Virus record (IMG/VR): IMGVR_UViG_3300042564_002819
Coordinates: 248,001-312,000 of that record
Direction: 5' to 3' (one strand)
DNA length: 64,000 nucleotides
The translations under genes were made by a program, and so were the position numbers. Position 1 is the first letter of the stretch, and each line of letters opens with the position of its first letter. The notes below the pieces were generated by a model that saw only the letters and a list, made by a program, of their open reading frames with translations, searched no databases and was not told the DNA's origin. Below are positions 54,593-63,800 of this stretch, one piece after another.

Positions 54593-55324
54593 TTAAACTC
54601 CAGGCTTTTCTTTTGGTTCTAGCGTGGTTTGTTGAGGCGGCGGAGCAGGTTGTTGTGCTGCTCGGTCTCTTGAACGATTTCTTGCTTGTAGTTCGTTATC
54701 AATCCATGCTTGTGCAGTAGGATTCTTAACTGGTGTATTAAGCCATCTGCGTATAGGACGTTCGACTCTATTAAAATTAGGCTGTTCGCCGTTGTTATCT
54801 ACTACAAAAAATCTATCGCCGAATAAAGTTTTTAATTGTTCAGCACCTTGCTGTATTCTATCATATGTCGTTTTTATGAAATTGTGATCTATTTCTCTAC
54901 CGTAGTCCGGACCAGGCACTTGAGCTCTTCTTTCAGCTCGTTCGATACTGGTTTCTAGTGTAACATCAACAAACACCATTATGGTTTCGTAACCTCTAGA
55001 CTCTAATGTTTCTTTGATTTCCTTAATTACATTTGGATTTTTTGCTGTTCCGTTAACGATTAAGCCCATTCTACCTTTTTGTGATAATTCGTCTTCTTTT
55101 CTATAATGCTGCCAAAATTTTTCGTAATCTTGTGGTTGGCCTTTTTTCTGGTAAAGTGTCCAAAATTTATCTACATTTAGTTCTTTTAAGCCACTGCCTC
55201 TAAATAAACGACTAACTACTGTGCTTTTACCTGCGCCGGGAGCACCGGCCATAAAAACAGCCTTGAAAATGTTAGGATCGTACACGCCCTCTTTTGTAAT
55301 TTGGGTGATTTCGTTAATCTTCAT
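54593..55324 (-). CDS. P-loop kinase (zeta/AAA_33-like), putative virion-packaged
   Basis: AGAPGAGKS Walker A, NVD, IVNGT, R...RA lid; TAAATA 4 nt before ATG. Confidence 0.8.
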   Translation of the reverse strand: MKINEITQITKEGVYDPNIFKAVFMAGAPGAGKSTVVSRLFRGSGLKELNVDKFWTLYQKKGQPQDYEKFWQHYRKEDELSQKGRMGLIVNGTAKNPNVIKEIKETLESRGYETIMVFVDVTLETSIERAERRAQVPGPDYGREIDHNFIKTTYDRIQQGAEQLKTLFGDRFFVVDNNGEQPNFNRVERPIRRWLNTPVKNPTAQAWIDNELQARNRSRDRAAQQPAPPPQQTTLEPKEKPGV

Positions 55325-55353
55325 ACTATATTTATGTTTGAAATAAATATAAT

Positions 55354-58300
55354 ATGAGATTAAGAAACCTTTTTGAAGTACAAGTGCAACCAGGTGAACG
55401 CAGAGGATTTTCGCTGCGGTTGAAGCGTCTTGAAGATTTGCAAGTAAAAATTGCAGAAATACAAAATACTATAAGCGAACTTGGTAATGTTAGCGTTCCA
55501 GAAAACTTAAAAAAACAAATGGAAGATCTTATCGATGCTGCTAAAATAGAAAAAGAAAAAATCTATGCAGAAGTATCTGACGCAGAAGTAAAAAATCCAA
55601 GAATTCAAGGAATACCTGGATCTGTCATGAAGTTACTTAGAGGCATAGAAAAAAATGCTTCAACTATAATGAACGCATACAGAAAAACTGGAAAATATCT
55701 CTATAGAGGAATCAAATCTTCCGAAGACGCACTTTATGGAAAACCTTTTGACATCAGAAAAGCCAAGGATAGTAATGTAGATTTAAGTAATGCATTAAAT
55801 CAATCCTTAGCAGACCAAGGATTTAATGCTAGAAGAGACAACACTACTTTTACTTCTGGTTCTTATAATCAGGCTAGTAATTACGGTACTGTGTATATAA
55901 TATTTCCTAGAGATGGGTTCTCATTCCATTACAGTAAAAAGATAAGAGACCTTGTTTTAGATACCGGCAAGATTGATATGTTACTGGATCCCGAAATAAC
56001 AGGTTATATCGAAAGTGCTATACGTTCTAACTGGAGCAATCTCAAAAACTATTTTTCTTATAAATTTAGTGGAGATAAATTCTTTACAGGTTATGAATAT
56101 CAAAAAGATTTAGATGGGTTACAACGTGCAGTAGCAGACGGTGTGCTTCCACAAGAATTTGCAAAATATAAGACTTTTTATGATCTAGTTGATCCTGCAA
56201 AAGTTATAGCTAATTTTCAATACAATCAAACTGATCTCGACAGTGCTATAACTTCCGAACATGAAGTCATGATTACAGGACCGTATTATGCTGTTAAAAC
56301 AGAGTCCTTTCAAGATTATATTGACAAATATATTAAAATGACAGCAAATGGTGAATTTGATGTCACTCCAGATAACAAAAAAGAAAAAACTACTTTAAAT
56401 CAAAAAATACAATCTATAGTAGGCGGTTCCGCGCCTGAGTTTGCAATAGGAGATTGGGTGCAGCATAAGTACGAAGGATTTAAAGGTGAAGTTGTTGACT
56501 ATTACCATACCAATGACTTTGTTCAAATTAAAGATTATGCCGGAAAACTAAAATTAGTCAATAAGAAAAATATTGATAAAATTAAAACTCCTGAGATGCC
56601 CGACTACCAGCCCGGCGATAAAGTTTATCTAAGAACAAAAGACACAGAATGGGAATATTATAATAATAAAAAATACAAGGTAGTAGACTCTGATAAGTTT
56701 ACCGTAACAGTTCAAAAAGGCAGTTACGACACCACAATTACATTACCTAAATTGTTAACCGAACCTGCTCCTAAATTTGATACCAAAGATCCAAGTGTAG
56801 GAGACACAGTTCATGTTACCAAGGGCGATTTTGAAAACATGTACGGAACTATTACATATGTTTCTAGTTACAGTAAAGATATTGATGTTGACTTCGGAGA
56901 CAGCGATTCGCACACTGTTCAAAAAGGATCTTACGAAGTTATTGATCCTGCAACAAAACCTGCAGATGCAAACTCTATTGCATCAAAGTTTAAAGAAGGT
57001 GATTACGTTAGAATCTCTGACGACGGGTTTGATTACAGTGGTCTTGTAGCGGTAATTAATAAACCTGGTTTATCAAAATCAAGAGTATATCCGTTCGGCG
57101 AAAAAAGTTATGCTTTAAGTATAAAAAATTCTAGATTAAAAGCTATTGATGAAGATGAATTTAAAAAACAATCGTTTAGCATAACAGATCAAGTAGTTGT
57201 ATCTGGCGGCAAGCATGATGGAAAGAGTGGAAAACTTAATTATGTAAGCTTTGATGGAACTATGGAAATAGTTGTCAGTAGTGGTAACACCATAGAAGTA
57301 CCCGGAAAATATGTTTTTAATCAAAACGTAAATGGTTCTCCTGAAAATAACGAGAATAAAGAAACAATTAAAAAAGGTGATTTTGTAAAAATCTCAGACG
57401 ACTCGGACTTGTTCCCAGGTTCTGTAGCAAAAGTAGTTGTAAAGAATTCCGGCGAAAAATCTACAATATTAGTAAACAACGACAACAATCTCGATTATAT
57501 TATTGATACAAAATATCTAACCAAGATTGATGAAAATGAATTTAACAATAAAAAGCTGTCAACCGGCGACGAAGTCAATGTCACAGACGGATATTATAAA
57601 GGAAAAACTGGAAAAATAAAATCGTTTGGGACTGATGGTCCTGTAAGAGTTGATATAACTTCGCCGTCCACAGGGGATACATTTACAATTAAGGTACTTC
57701 CACAATACTTGGAAAAAATAAATCAAAGCAGTGACGACTTAATTGATTTAATGGATCTTGAGTTTGAACCGATGGACGAGCCTACTGATTTTAAAAATAA
57801 TGAAACTAAAAAATTTAAAGTCGGCGACAGCGTAAAAGTAATTAATGGTAAACACAAAGGAAAAACTGGAAAAATAAATTACCTATATACGTATACAAAA
57901 GAAGCGTATGTTGACTTCGACGGTGAATATCACGACATTGAGTTAAAAGACTTAGAGTTAGACAAAGAAGAATCAAAAACTGATAGCAATTTTAACAAAG
58001 ACGAATTAAAAAAGCTAATCAGTCAAGGAAAAGAAAAAGGTTTTATAACCTATAATCAACTAAACGATGTAGTGCCTTCGGACAAAGTTACTTCTGAAGA
58101 AATTGAAGATATAATGGATATGTTAAATGAATTAGGAATCAATTTAGTTGATGCTGAAAAAGACTCGGCTCCATCAGGTGAAACTCCACAGGAATTACAA
58201 GCAAGAATAAACGATCCAGATACAAAAGCGTTCCTTAAACAAGCATTTGCAGATCCTGATGTAAAAGAACTAGTGAGTAATATAATCAAAAAGAAAATTA

Positions 58301-58413
58301 TAACAACCGACGACATTGATAATATATCTGTTCTAGTAGGATATGACAAGTATTTGTTTGGCATAAAACCATATATCGAACTTAAAGGCGTTGTATACCA
58401 ACCTACTACTTGA
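55354..58413 (+). CDS. Multidomain protein: putative ADP-ribosyltransferase, about 8 KOW repeats, sigma70 region 1.1
   Basis: YLYRG / FTS / EHEV triad; GD.V.V..G..KGK.G.I repeats; LKKLISQGKEKGFITYNQLNDVVP...IEDIMDMLNELGINLV. Confidence 0.75.
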   Translation: MRLRNLFEVQVQPGERRGFSLRLKRLEDLQVKIAEIQNTISELGNVSVPENLKKQMEDLIDAAKIEKEKIYAEVSDAEVKNPRIQGIPGSVMKLLRGIEKNASTIMNAYRKTGKYLYRGIKSSEDALYGKPFDIRKAKDSNVDLSNALNQSLADQGFNARRDNTTFTSGSYNQASNYGTVYIIFPRDGFSFHYSKKIRDLVLDTGKIDMLLDPEITGYIESAIRSNWSNLKNYFSYKFSGDKFFTGYEYQKDLDGLQRAVADGVLPQEFAKYKTFYDLVDPAKVIANFQYNQTDLDSAITSEHEVMITGPYYAVKTESFQDYIDKYIKMTANGEFDVTPDNKKEKTTLNQKIQSIVGGSAPEFAIGDWVQHKYEGFKGEVVDYYHTNDFVQIKDYAGKLKLVNKKNIDKIKTPEMPDYQPGDKVYLRTKDTEWEYYNNKKYKVVDSDKFTVTVQKGSYDTTITLPKLLTEPAPKFDTKDPSVGDTVHVTKGDFENMYGTITYVSSYSKDIDVDFGDSDSHTVQKGSYEVIDPATKPADANSIASKFKEGDYVRISDDGFDYSGLVAVINKPGLSKSRVYPFGEKSYALSIKNSRLKAIDEDEFKKQSFSITDQVVVSGGKHDGKSGKLNYVSFDGTMEIVVSSGNTIEVPGKYVFNQNVNGSPENNENKETIKKGDFVKISDDSDLFPGSVAKVVVKNSGEKSTILVNNDNNLDYIIDTKYLTKIDENEFNNKKLSTGDEVNVTDGYYKGKTGKIKSFGTDGPVRVDITSPSTGDTFTIKVLPQYLEKINQSSDDLIDLMDLEFEPMDEPTDFKNNETKKFKVGDSVKVINGKHKGKTGKINYLYTYTKEAYVDFDGEYHDIELKDLELDKEESKTDSNFNKDELKKLISQGKEKGFITYNQLNDVVPSDKVTSEEIEDIMDMLNELGINLVDAEKDSAPSGETPQELQARINDPDTKAFLKQAFADPDVKELVSNIIKKKIITTDDIDNISVLVGYDKYLFGIKPYIELKGVVYQPTT

Positions 58414-58437
58414 CATCTTTGATAAAAAGTGTATACT
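58410..58437 (+). promoter_or_regulatory. Sigma70-type promoter overlapping the upstream stop codon
   Basis: TTGACA-N16-TATACT. Confidence 0.6.
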
Positions 58438-58446
58438 ACAAACACT

Positions 58447-59340
58447 ATGAATCAAAAATTACAAGATCATTTAATCGGGTCACTTGTTGGCCTTGCCGTC
58501 GGTGATGCAGTAGGCACTACTGTTGAATTTAAACCGCGTGGCTCATTTCCTAAGATTGTTGACATGATCGGCGGCGGCCCTTTTAGATTGCCAGTAGGGT
58601 ATTGGACAGATGATACATCTATGGCATTGTGCCTAGCAGAAAGTCTTATAGCATATCCACTGCTTGATAAAAAAGATTTGTTAACTCGTTTTTGTAACTG
58701 GTATAAGAATGGACATAATTCTTCTACCGGTCGTTGCTTTGACATTGGTAATACAACTGTCTCTGCACTAGAAGAATTTATTCACAGTGGTCAAACGAAT
58801 AACAATCCTGAAGACTTTTATGCAGGTAATGGATCTATTATGCGATTGTCTCCTGTGGCAATTGCAAATTATAAAGACTTACACAAAGCAATTAAAATTG
58901 CACGTGAACAAAGTGAAACAACTCATGAAACTATTAAAGCAACTGCTTCTTGTGAGTTGCTTGCAGAAATTTTAGTTAGAGCATACACTGCTGAAACTAA
59001 ACAGCAAGTAATGGATATTGAATGTCCGTTACATTGGCCCGAACCTGTTTGCGATATTGTTGCATCTAGCGTTGTTAAAAAAACTGAAGCAGAAATTAAG
59101 TCTTCGGGTTACGTTATTGACACATTAGAAGCAGCCGTCTGGGCATTTTTAAATACAGACAACTTTGAGGATGCAGTTTTAATAGCAGTTAATCTTGGAC
59201 ACGATGCTGATACAGTCGGTGCTGTAACAGGACAAATTGCCGGAGCATACTATGGAGAAACCGGAATTCCTAAACATTGGCTAGAAAAGCTTTATAACCA
59301 TGAACACATCAGAAACCTTGCAATCAAACTTTCCGAATAA
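58447..59340 (+). CDS. ADP-ribosylglycohydrolase (DraG/ARH family)
   Basis: GLAVGDAVG, WTDDT, FDIGNTT, AGNGSIMR, TH, NLGHDADT. Confidence 0.95.
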   Translation: MNQKLQDHLIGSLVGLAVGDAVGTTVEFKPRGSFPKIVDMIGGGPFRLPVGYWTDDTSMALCLAESLIAYPLLDKKDLLTRFCNWYKNGHNSSTGRCFDIGNTTVSALEEFIHSGQTNNNPEDFYAGNGSIMRLSPVAIANYKDLHKAIKIAREQSETTHETIKATASCELLAEILVRAYTAETKQQVMDIECPLHWPEPVCDIVASSVVKKTEAEIKSSGYVIDTLEAAVWAFLNTDNFEDAVLIAVNLGHDADTVGAVTGQIAGAYYGETGIPKHWLEKLYNHEHIRNLAIKLSE

Positions 59341-59821
59341 AGTAGTAGTTTTCTTAGACCTCGACGGTCCTATCATTGATCTTAAAACTTACAAGACCAA
59401 CCCGATTGTGTCTTATTATAGAACTGGTGGAAATTCAAAGGCTATCGAAAATCTTGTAAAGTTGTGCGACGAGTTTGGTCTTGAAATCGTCACTAATTCT
59501 ATGCACAACTATTACCAGTTAGGAGATGATACTCTTCAGGACGATTTAGTATCCTGGGGTATTCCTGTAGATCTTTTTCACAGTGACTGGAGAACTATTT
59601 TTCCTAAAGTTAATTACAAGGAAATAAAAAGCACTGTTCGGGGAATTGGTAGACTTTACGCTATTGAACAATGGATCAAAGAACATCCTGGGTATAACTG
59701 GATTTGTTTTGATGATCGAAAGTTTACAGAAGATCCGAGACTGATACATATTTCTAGAGAAAACGGAATCGACCAAGGATATTACGAGCAGGCAAGAAAA
59801 ATTCTAAAAACACTTGCTTGA
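59300..59821 (+). CDS. HAD phosphatase of the Swiss-army-knife RNA-repair type
   Basis: VFLDLDGP, NS, R...I..W, ICFDD. Confidence 0.7.
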   Translation: MNTSETLQSNFPNKVVVFLDLDGPIIDLKTYKTNPIVSYYRTGGNSKAIENLVKLCDEFGLEIVTNSMHNYYQLGDDTLQDDLVSWGIPVDLFHSDWRTIFPKVNYKEIKSTVRGIGRLYAIEQWIKEHPGYNWICFDDRKFTEDPRLIHISRENGIDQGYYEQARKILKTLA

Positions 59822-59846
59822 CAGCAGTGTCGATTCCTGTTACTTT
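59818..59846 (+). promoter_or_regulatory. Sigma70-type promoter
   Basis: TTGACA-N17-TACTTT with extended -10. Confidence 0.7.
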
Positions 59847-59867
59847 GTTGCAAACATGGAGATCTAA

Positions 59868-60401
59868 ATGAGCGAACCCGTCTGCACTGTAATGGTTGGC
59901 TTGCCTGCTATGGGCAAGTCCACTCTTGTTAAAGGCATGTGGAAAGATGAAAGCACTTTCATCTACAGCACTGACGATCTTCTTGAGGCCGCTGCTAAAG
60001 AACTTGGCAGCACTTACAATGAAGTGTTTGAAACGCTAATCAAGTCAGTTACTGAGGCAGCAAACGGATCTCTCGATGTTGCCGTCAAGAACCGTCAAGA
60101 CATCATCTGGGATCAAACCAACTTGGGTGCAGGCAAGCGTCGTAAAATTATTAATCGTATGCGTCAGGCAGGTTATCAAGTTCGTTGTGTTTGTATCGTT
60201 CCTCCTGAAGCAGGACACATCAGTAATCTCAAGGACTGGAAGTATCGTTTGGCTAACCGCCCTGGTAAAACTATTCCAGATGAGGTGTTGACAAACATGT
60301 ATCGTTCGTTTACACTGCCTACAGTAGAGGAAGGGTTTGATATGATTACCTTCTATAACATGCACGGTGCCCTGTTGGGTGTTGACTATGGAGAAGAATA
60401 A
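59868..60401 (+). CDS. Polynucleotide 5'-kinase-like P-loop protein
   Basis: VGLPAMGKST, STDD, WDQTN, RPGK.IP, EEGFD. Confidence 0.85.
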   Translation: MSEPVCTVMVGLPAMGKSTLVKGMWKDESTFIYSTDDLLEAAAKELGSTYNEVFETLIKSVTEAANGSLDVAVKNRQDIIWDQTNLGAGKRRKIINRMRQAGYQVRCVCIVPPEAGHISNLKDWKYRLANRPGKTIPDEVLTNMYRSFTLPTVEEGFDMITFYNMHGALLGVDYGEE

Positions 60402-61558
60402 TGCACTACCGTTTTCCTGAGATCCGTCACATTAGTGATGTGCTTCCGCACATCGAAGGTCGTGAGGAATTTGTTGTAGCAGAGCGTGAAGGCTACACTG
60501 TGATCAACTACGTGGTTGCAATGGCCGACACCTTTGACATGACTGGAGCAGATGACTTGGGCGGTGCAATCCGTCGTGAATGTCGTGGCTTGATTTTTGA
60601 CCGTGATGGTAACATCATGAGCCGTCCGTTTCACAAGTTCTTCAACATCAACGAGCGTGAAGAAACTCAAGCACATCGGTTGGATCTCAGTGTTTTGTTT
60701 GACCATGTGATCATGGAAAAGATGGATGGTTCGATGATCCGTCCTATCTTAGTCGATGGACACTTGCGTCTTGCTACCAAGATGGGTGTAACTGAAGTGG
60801 CCATGCAGGCCGAAACTTGGCTAGCTGCTCAGGACCCTATGTTGAAGAAGTGGATGGCTATCATGATGGCACAGGGTATTACTCCGATCTTCGAGTGGGT
60901 AAGCCCGTTCAATCAGATTGTGTTGGCGTATGAAACCGCTGATCTTGTGCTATTGGCACTGCGTAACAACATCACTGGCGAATACCTTGATGTCGGCGAT
61001 CCAAAAGACGACAAACTGTGGACTGTGGTTCCGCAGTATGGTTCAGTAGAAGGCAACCTTGGTGACTATATTGCTCGTCAGCGTGGTGCAGAAGGTCGCG
61101 AAGGTGACATCATTCGCTTTGCGGATGGGCATATGGTCAAGGTCAAGAACGACTGGTATGTGCGTATTCACAAGACTGTGGATCGCATCGTGTTCGACCG
61201 TAACATTGTTGCTCTTATCCTCAACGAGGAAGTGGACGACGTGTTGCCGATGTTGCCGCAGGTTCAAGCAGATCGTGTTCGTGTATTCGAGCGTCGATTC
61301 GCCGAACGGCTTCACGCTGTGGTTGAAAACTACGAACGCTACTGGAACACTGTAGTAGCATCGGGTCTTGACCGCAAGCGTTATGCTCAAGAGTGGATGC
61401 CTACTATTAAGGGCAACGATCCGTTTGCTACTAACTACGTGTTTGGTCGCTTTGCTGGTCGAGATGGTCGTCAAATGATTCTTGATCATATCGAAAAGAG
61501 CATCACTACCAACGTTCGTTGGGATGAATGTGCAGCGTGGATGGGGATGGGTCCGTGA
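60401..61558 (+). CDS. RNA ligase 1 (T4 Rnl1-like)
   Basis: ECRGLIF, RPFHKFFN, EKMDGSMI, FEW, EG, KVKNDWY. Confidence 0.92.
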   Translation: MHYRFPEIRHISDVLPHIEGREEFVVAEREGYTVINYVVAMADTFDMTGADDLGGAIRRECRGLIFDRDGNIMSRPFHKFFNINEREETQAHRLDLSVLFDHVIMEKMDGSMIRPILVDGHLRLATKMGVTEVAMQAETWLAAQDPMLKKWMAIMMAQGITPIFEWVSPFNQIVLAYETADLVLLALRNNITGEYLDVGDPKDDKLWTVVPQYGSVEGNLGDYIARQRGAEGREGDIIRFADGHMVKVKNDWYVRIHKTVDRIVFDRNIVALILNEEVDDVLPMLPQVQADRVRVFERRFAERLHAVVENYERYWNTVVASGLDRKRYAQEWMPTIKGNDPFATNYVFGRFAGRDGRQMILDHIEKSITTNVRWDECAAWMGMGP

Positions 61559-61797
61559 CCGATCCCCTCTTTTCTATCTGTAAACGTCTTCCTACAGACT
61601 ACAGTGATTATGGCGGAGAGATCAAGCGTTGGGACTACGAAGGCGTAGACTATCCTGACTGTAGTTGTGGTTGTCGCTGGTTTTTGCCACTTGAAGGCGA
61701 CTTAGGTTCTGACTGGGGTGTTTGCAGTAAATTAGATGGCCCAAGAGCAGGATTGCTAACTTTTGAACATCAAGCAGGAAAGGGCTGCTTTGAATAA
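61555..61797 (+). CDS. Cys-rich small protein (DUF3027-like)
   Basis: CSCGCRWFLPLEGDLGSDWGVC...TFEH...C; GTGA overlap. Confidence 0.65.
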   Translation: MTDPLFSICKRLPTDYSDYGGEIKRWDYEGVDYPDCSCGCRWFLPLEGDLGSDWGVCSKLDGPRAGLLTFEHQAGKGCFE

Positions 61798-61802
61798 CTA
61801 TT

Positions 61803-61961
61803 ATGAACTTTGACGAATGGTTTGAACAACACCGAGACATTTTAGCAGGTCTGCTACGCAATGATCAACTAGAAGCACTATGGATTGCGTGGTATGCTGG
61901 CTACCAAAAAGGTCTTGACGACAGAATTAAAATTGATAAAGAATTTTGGACACTAAAATGA
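61803..61961 (+). CDS. Small hypothetical protein (52 aa)
   Basis: MNFDEWF...AWYAGY; ATGA overlap downstream; not in track. Confidence 0.55.
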   Translation: MNFDEWFEQHRDILAGLLRNDQLEALWIAWYAGYQKGLDDRIKIDKEFWTLK

Positions 61962-62320
61962 AATACTGGTCACTGTTTTTAGACGACATTCGGTTTCCGG
62001 AAGATGTAAAATTCTTCTATGGCCCCTATGAGAATCTGCGTATTTGCCGCAGCATGGATGATGCTGTGTGGGCAGTCAAGCAGTATGGTTTGCCTACATT
62101 TATTAGTTTCGACCATGACCTTGCTGACGTTCACTACATCATCGGCGATGGCGAAAAGACTGGCTACACCTTTGCTAAATGGTTCTGTGATTATGTGATG
62201 GATAACGATTTGATTTTGCCTGTGGGCTTTGGATATCATGTTCACAGCATGAATCCAGTTGGTGCTGTGAACATTAGAACTTACATGGAAAACTTTTTAA
62301 AGGCATATGACCGTGACTAA
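61958..62320 (+). CDS. Cyclic-phosphate-processing receiver-like protein
   Basis: LFLDDIR, ISFDHDL, TGY, HSMNPVG. Confidence 0.8.
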   Translation: MKYWSLFLDDIRFPEDVKFFYGPYENLRICRSMDDAVWAVKQYGLPTFISFDHDLADVHYIIGDGEKTGYTFAKWFCDYVMDNDLILPVGFGYHVHSMNPVGAVNIRTYMENFLKAYDRD

Positions 62321-62540
62321 TGAAGAACGCTGGGCCAAACTGCTCGAACCTTGTAAGTGTGAACCACGATACACTATTGAACCGCACGGTACGGGTTATG
62401 CGTTGTATCACGGTCGTTGCGTTCACCGTCACGGATACAATTTGGTTTATTTGAATGAACCTGCTGCTAACTGTGATCTAAAACACATTGAACGCTTGCT
62501 TAATGTAGGCGATGCATTTGTCAAGGAAGGCTTGTTATGA
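62307..62540 (+). CDS. Hypothetical protein
   Basis: Operon packing. Confidence 0.6.
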   Translation: MTVTNEERWAKLLEPCKCEPRYTIEPHGTGYALYHGRCVHRHGYNLVYLNEPAANCDLKHIERLLNVGDAFVKEGLL

Positions 62541-62977
62541 ACTACGCAGAAAATCCAATTACAGATTTAGCAGACTGCATCGCTCACGCTCAGTATGTGG
62601 GCTTCTCAGACATTGAATACGAACGAATGGACTACGATGCTGTTCGCAATGCTAGAACCGCCGAAGAAAAGCGAGCAAGCATGAGTGCTACAGTAAAAGC
62701 ACTTCGTCGTCCAACTACACGAGACTTTGGGGTCTATGCAATGTTTCCGCAAACTTGGGGCAGCACTGCTCTAGGACACGGCGGAATGGGCGGAGCAGCC
62801 ATGACTAAAGCATATACTGTTGTGTTGGAATGTTATGCCACGCAGGAGTTTTTGGTTTACTTTGGCAGTGAGTTCTGTTATAAAGTAGATAGACGCAGCA
62901 AGAATCTTGATGTGTTTATCGAAGACTGTCGTAACCACTGCTTGGCAAGCAAACGAGATAGCGAGAAATATCAATGA
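62537..62977 (+). CDS. Conserved-looking phage hypothetical protein
   Basis: FPQTWGSTALGHGGMGGAAMT.AYT. Confidence 0.75.
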   Translation: MNYAENPITDLADCIAHAQYVGFSDIEYERMDYDAVRNARTAEEKRASMSATVKALRRPTTRDFGVYAMFPQTWGSTALGHGGMGGAAMTKAYTVVLECYATQEFLVYFGSEFCYKVDRRSKNLDVFIEDCRNHCLASKRDSEKYQ

Positions 62978-63339
62978 TCGACTTTGAGAATCTAAATTTT
63001 GGTGATCGAATATATGTCGTTTCTGAAAGAAACAATGCGTTTACCAAAAAGAAAATTGAAAAGACAGACGAAAACGGAATCACTTGGTTTCGTTATGACA
63101 GAGATCACTGGGAGTATTCAATCAGCGAAATTGTATACTGCGGTAAAGTAACATATGTAGAAGAAGGCGAAGTTCGTTTTAGCGAAGACCGTTTAACTGA
63201 ATATCACTTTCTGTATCCAGATGGTCAAATCTATCACGAAAATGAACCTGGATACAACGATGATTTTGATGACTGGTTTCTTACCAAAGAAGAAGCAGAA
63301 GCATACATAGACTTTAAAAAACAAACAAAAAATTCTTAA
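62974..63339 (+). CDS. Hypothetical protein
   Basis: ATGA overlap; C-terminal FLTKEEAE. Confidence 0.7.
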   Translation: MIDFENLNFGDRIYVVSERNNAFTKKKIEKTDENGITWFRYDRDHWEYSISEIVYCGKVTYVEEGEVRFSEDRLTEYHFLYPDGQIYHENEPGYNDDFDDWFLTKEEAEAYIDFKKQTKNS

Positions 63340-63344
63340 GGCAA

Positions 63345-63800
63345 GTTAGGAAAGTAAAGGCTATATACGACACAGTTTAGCCGTGAGGTCACCTTGAGCC
63401 CGCAATGCGGTCGGATCTGGTGGTGTTCCTGGCGTGGTTCTTGCACGCCTTGTAGTCCGTTATCGTGGCTCCTTGACCGGAGCGAATGAGTAGGCTCTCC
63501 TGACACTTGGATCCTACAGACGACGAGACAGTTGGTCATATTATTGTCTCGTGAGTCCGCGTTGTAATTAAGCACAAAATAAAAAGGTACAGCACAACCG
63601 CCTTTCCCTTACCAAGTAGGTTTTTGAATATGACTGTGATGAAAGAACTCAGATAGAGTCTTTTTTGCCTTAGCCTGTAAGAAGGCTAAGTGTGAATCCA
63701 AATCTAGATAGAATCTCTCATAAAAAACAATATGTTAAGTATTGAATGAGACAAGTGTCGAAATGAAAAACTTAACTGATCAACGTTAGTTGATCACACT
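63345..63800. ncRNA. Large structured non-coding region (ncRNA or origin-like)
   Basis: Gap of about 550 nt, GC-elevated first half, at least 8 hairpins. Confidence 0.45.

Noticed and set aside
54593-55324. Zeta toxin-antitoxin system
   Set aside because: No adjacent antitoxin gene; P-loop similarity alone does not give the substrate
55354-58413. A phage sigma factor or NusG orthologue
   Set aside because: Only region 1.1 and KOW-like repeats are visible; no sigma regions 2-4 or NGN domain recognised
63336-63575. 79-aa minus-strand ORF
   Set aside because: No SD, atypical composition, and it lies in a hairpin-rich region better explained as non-coding
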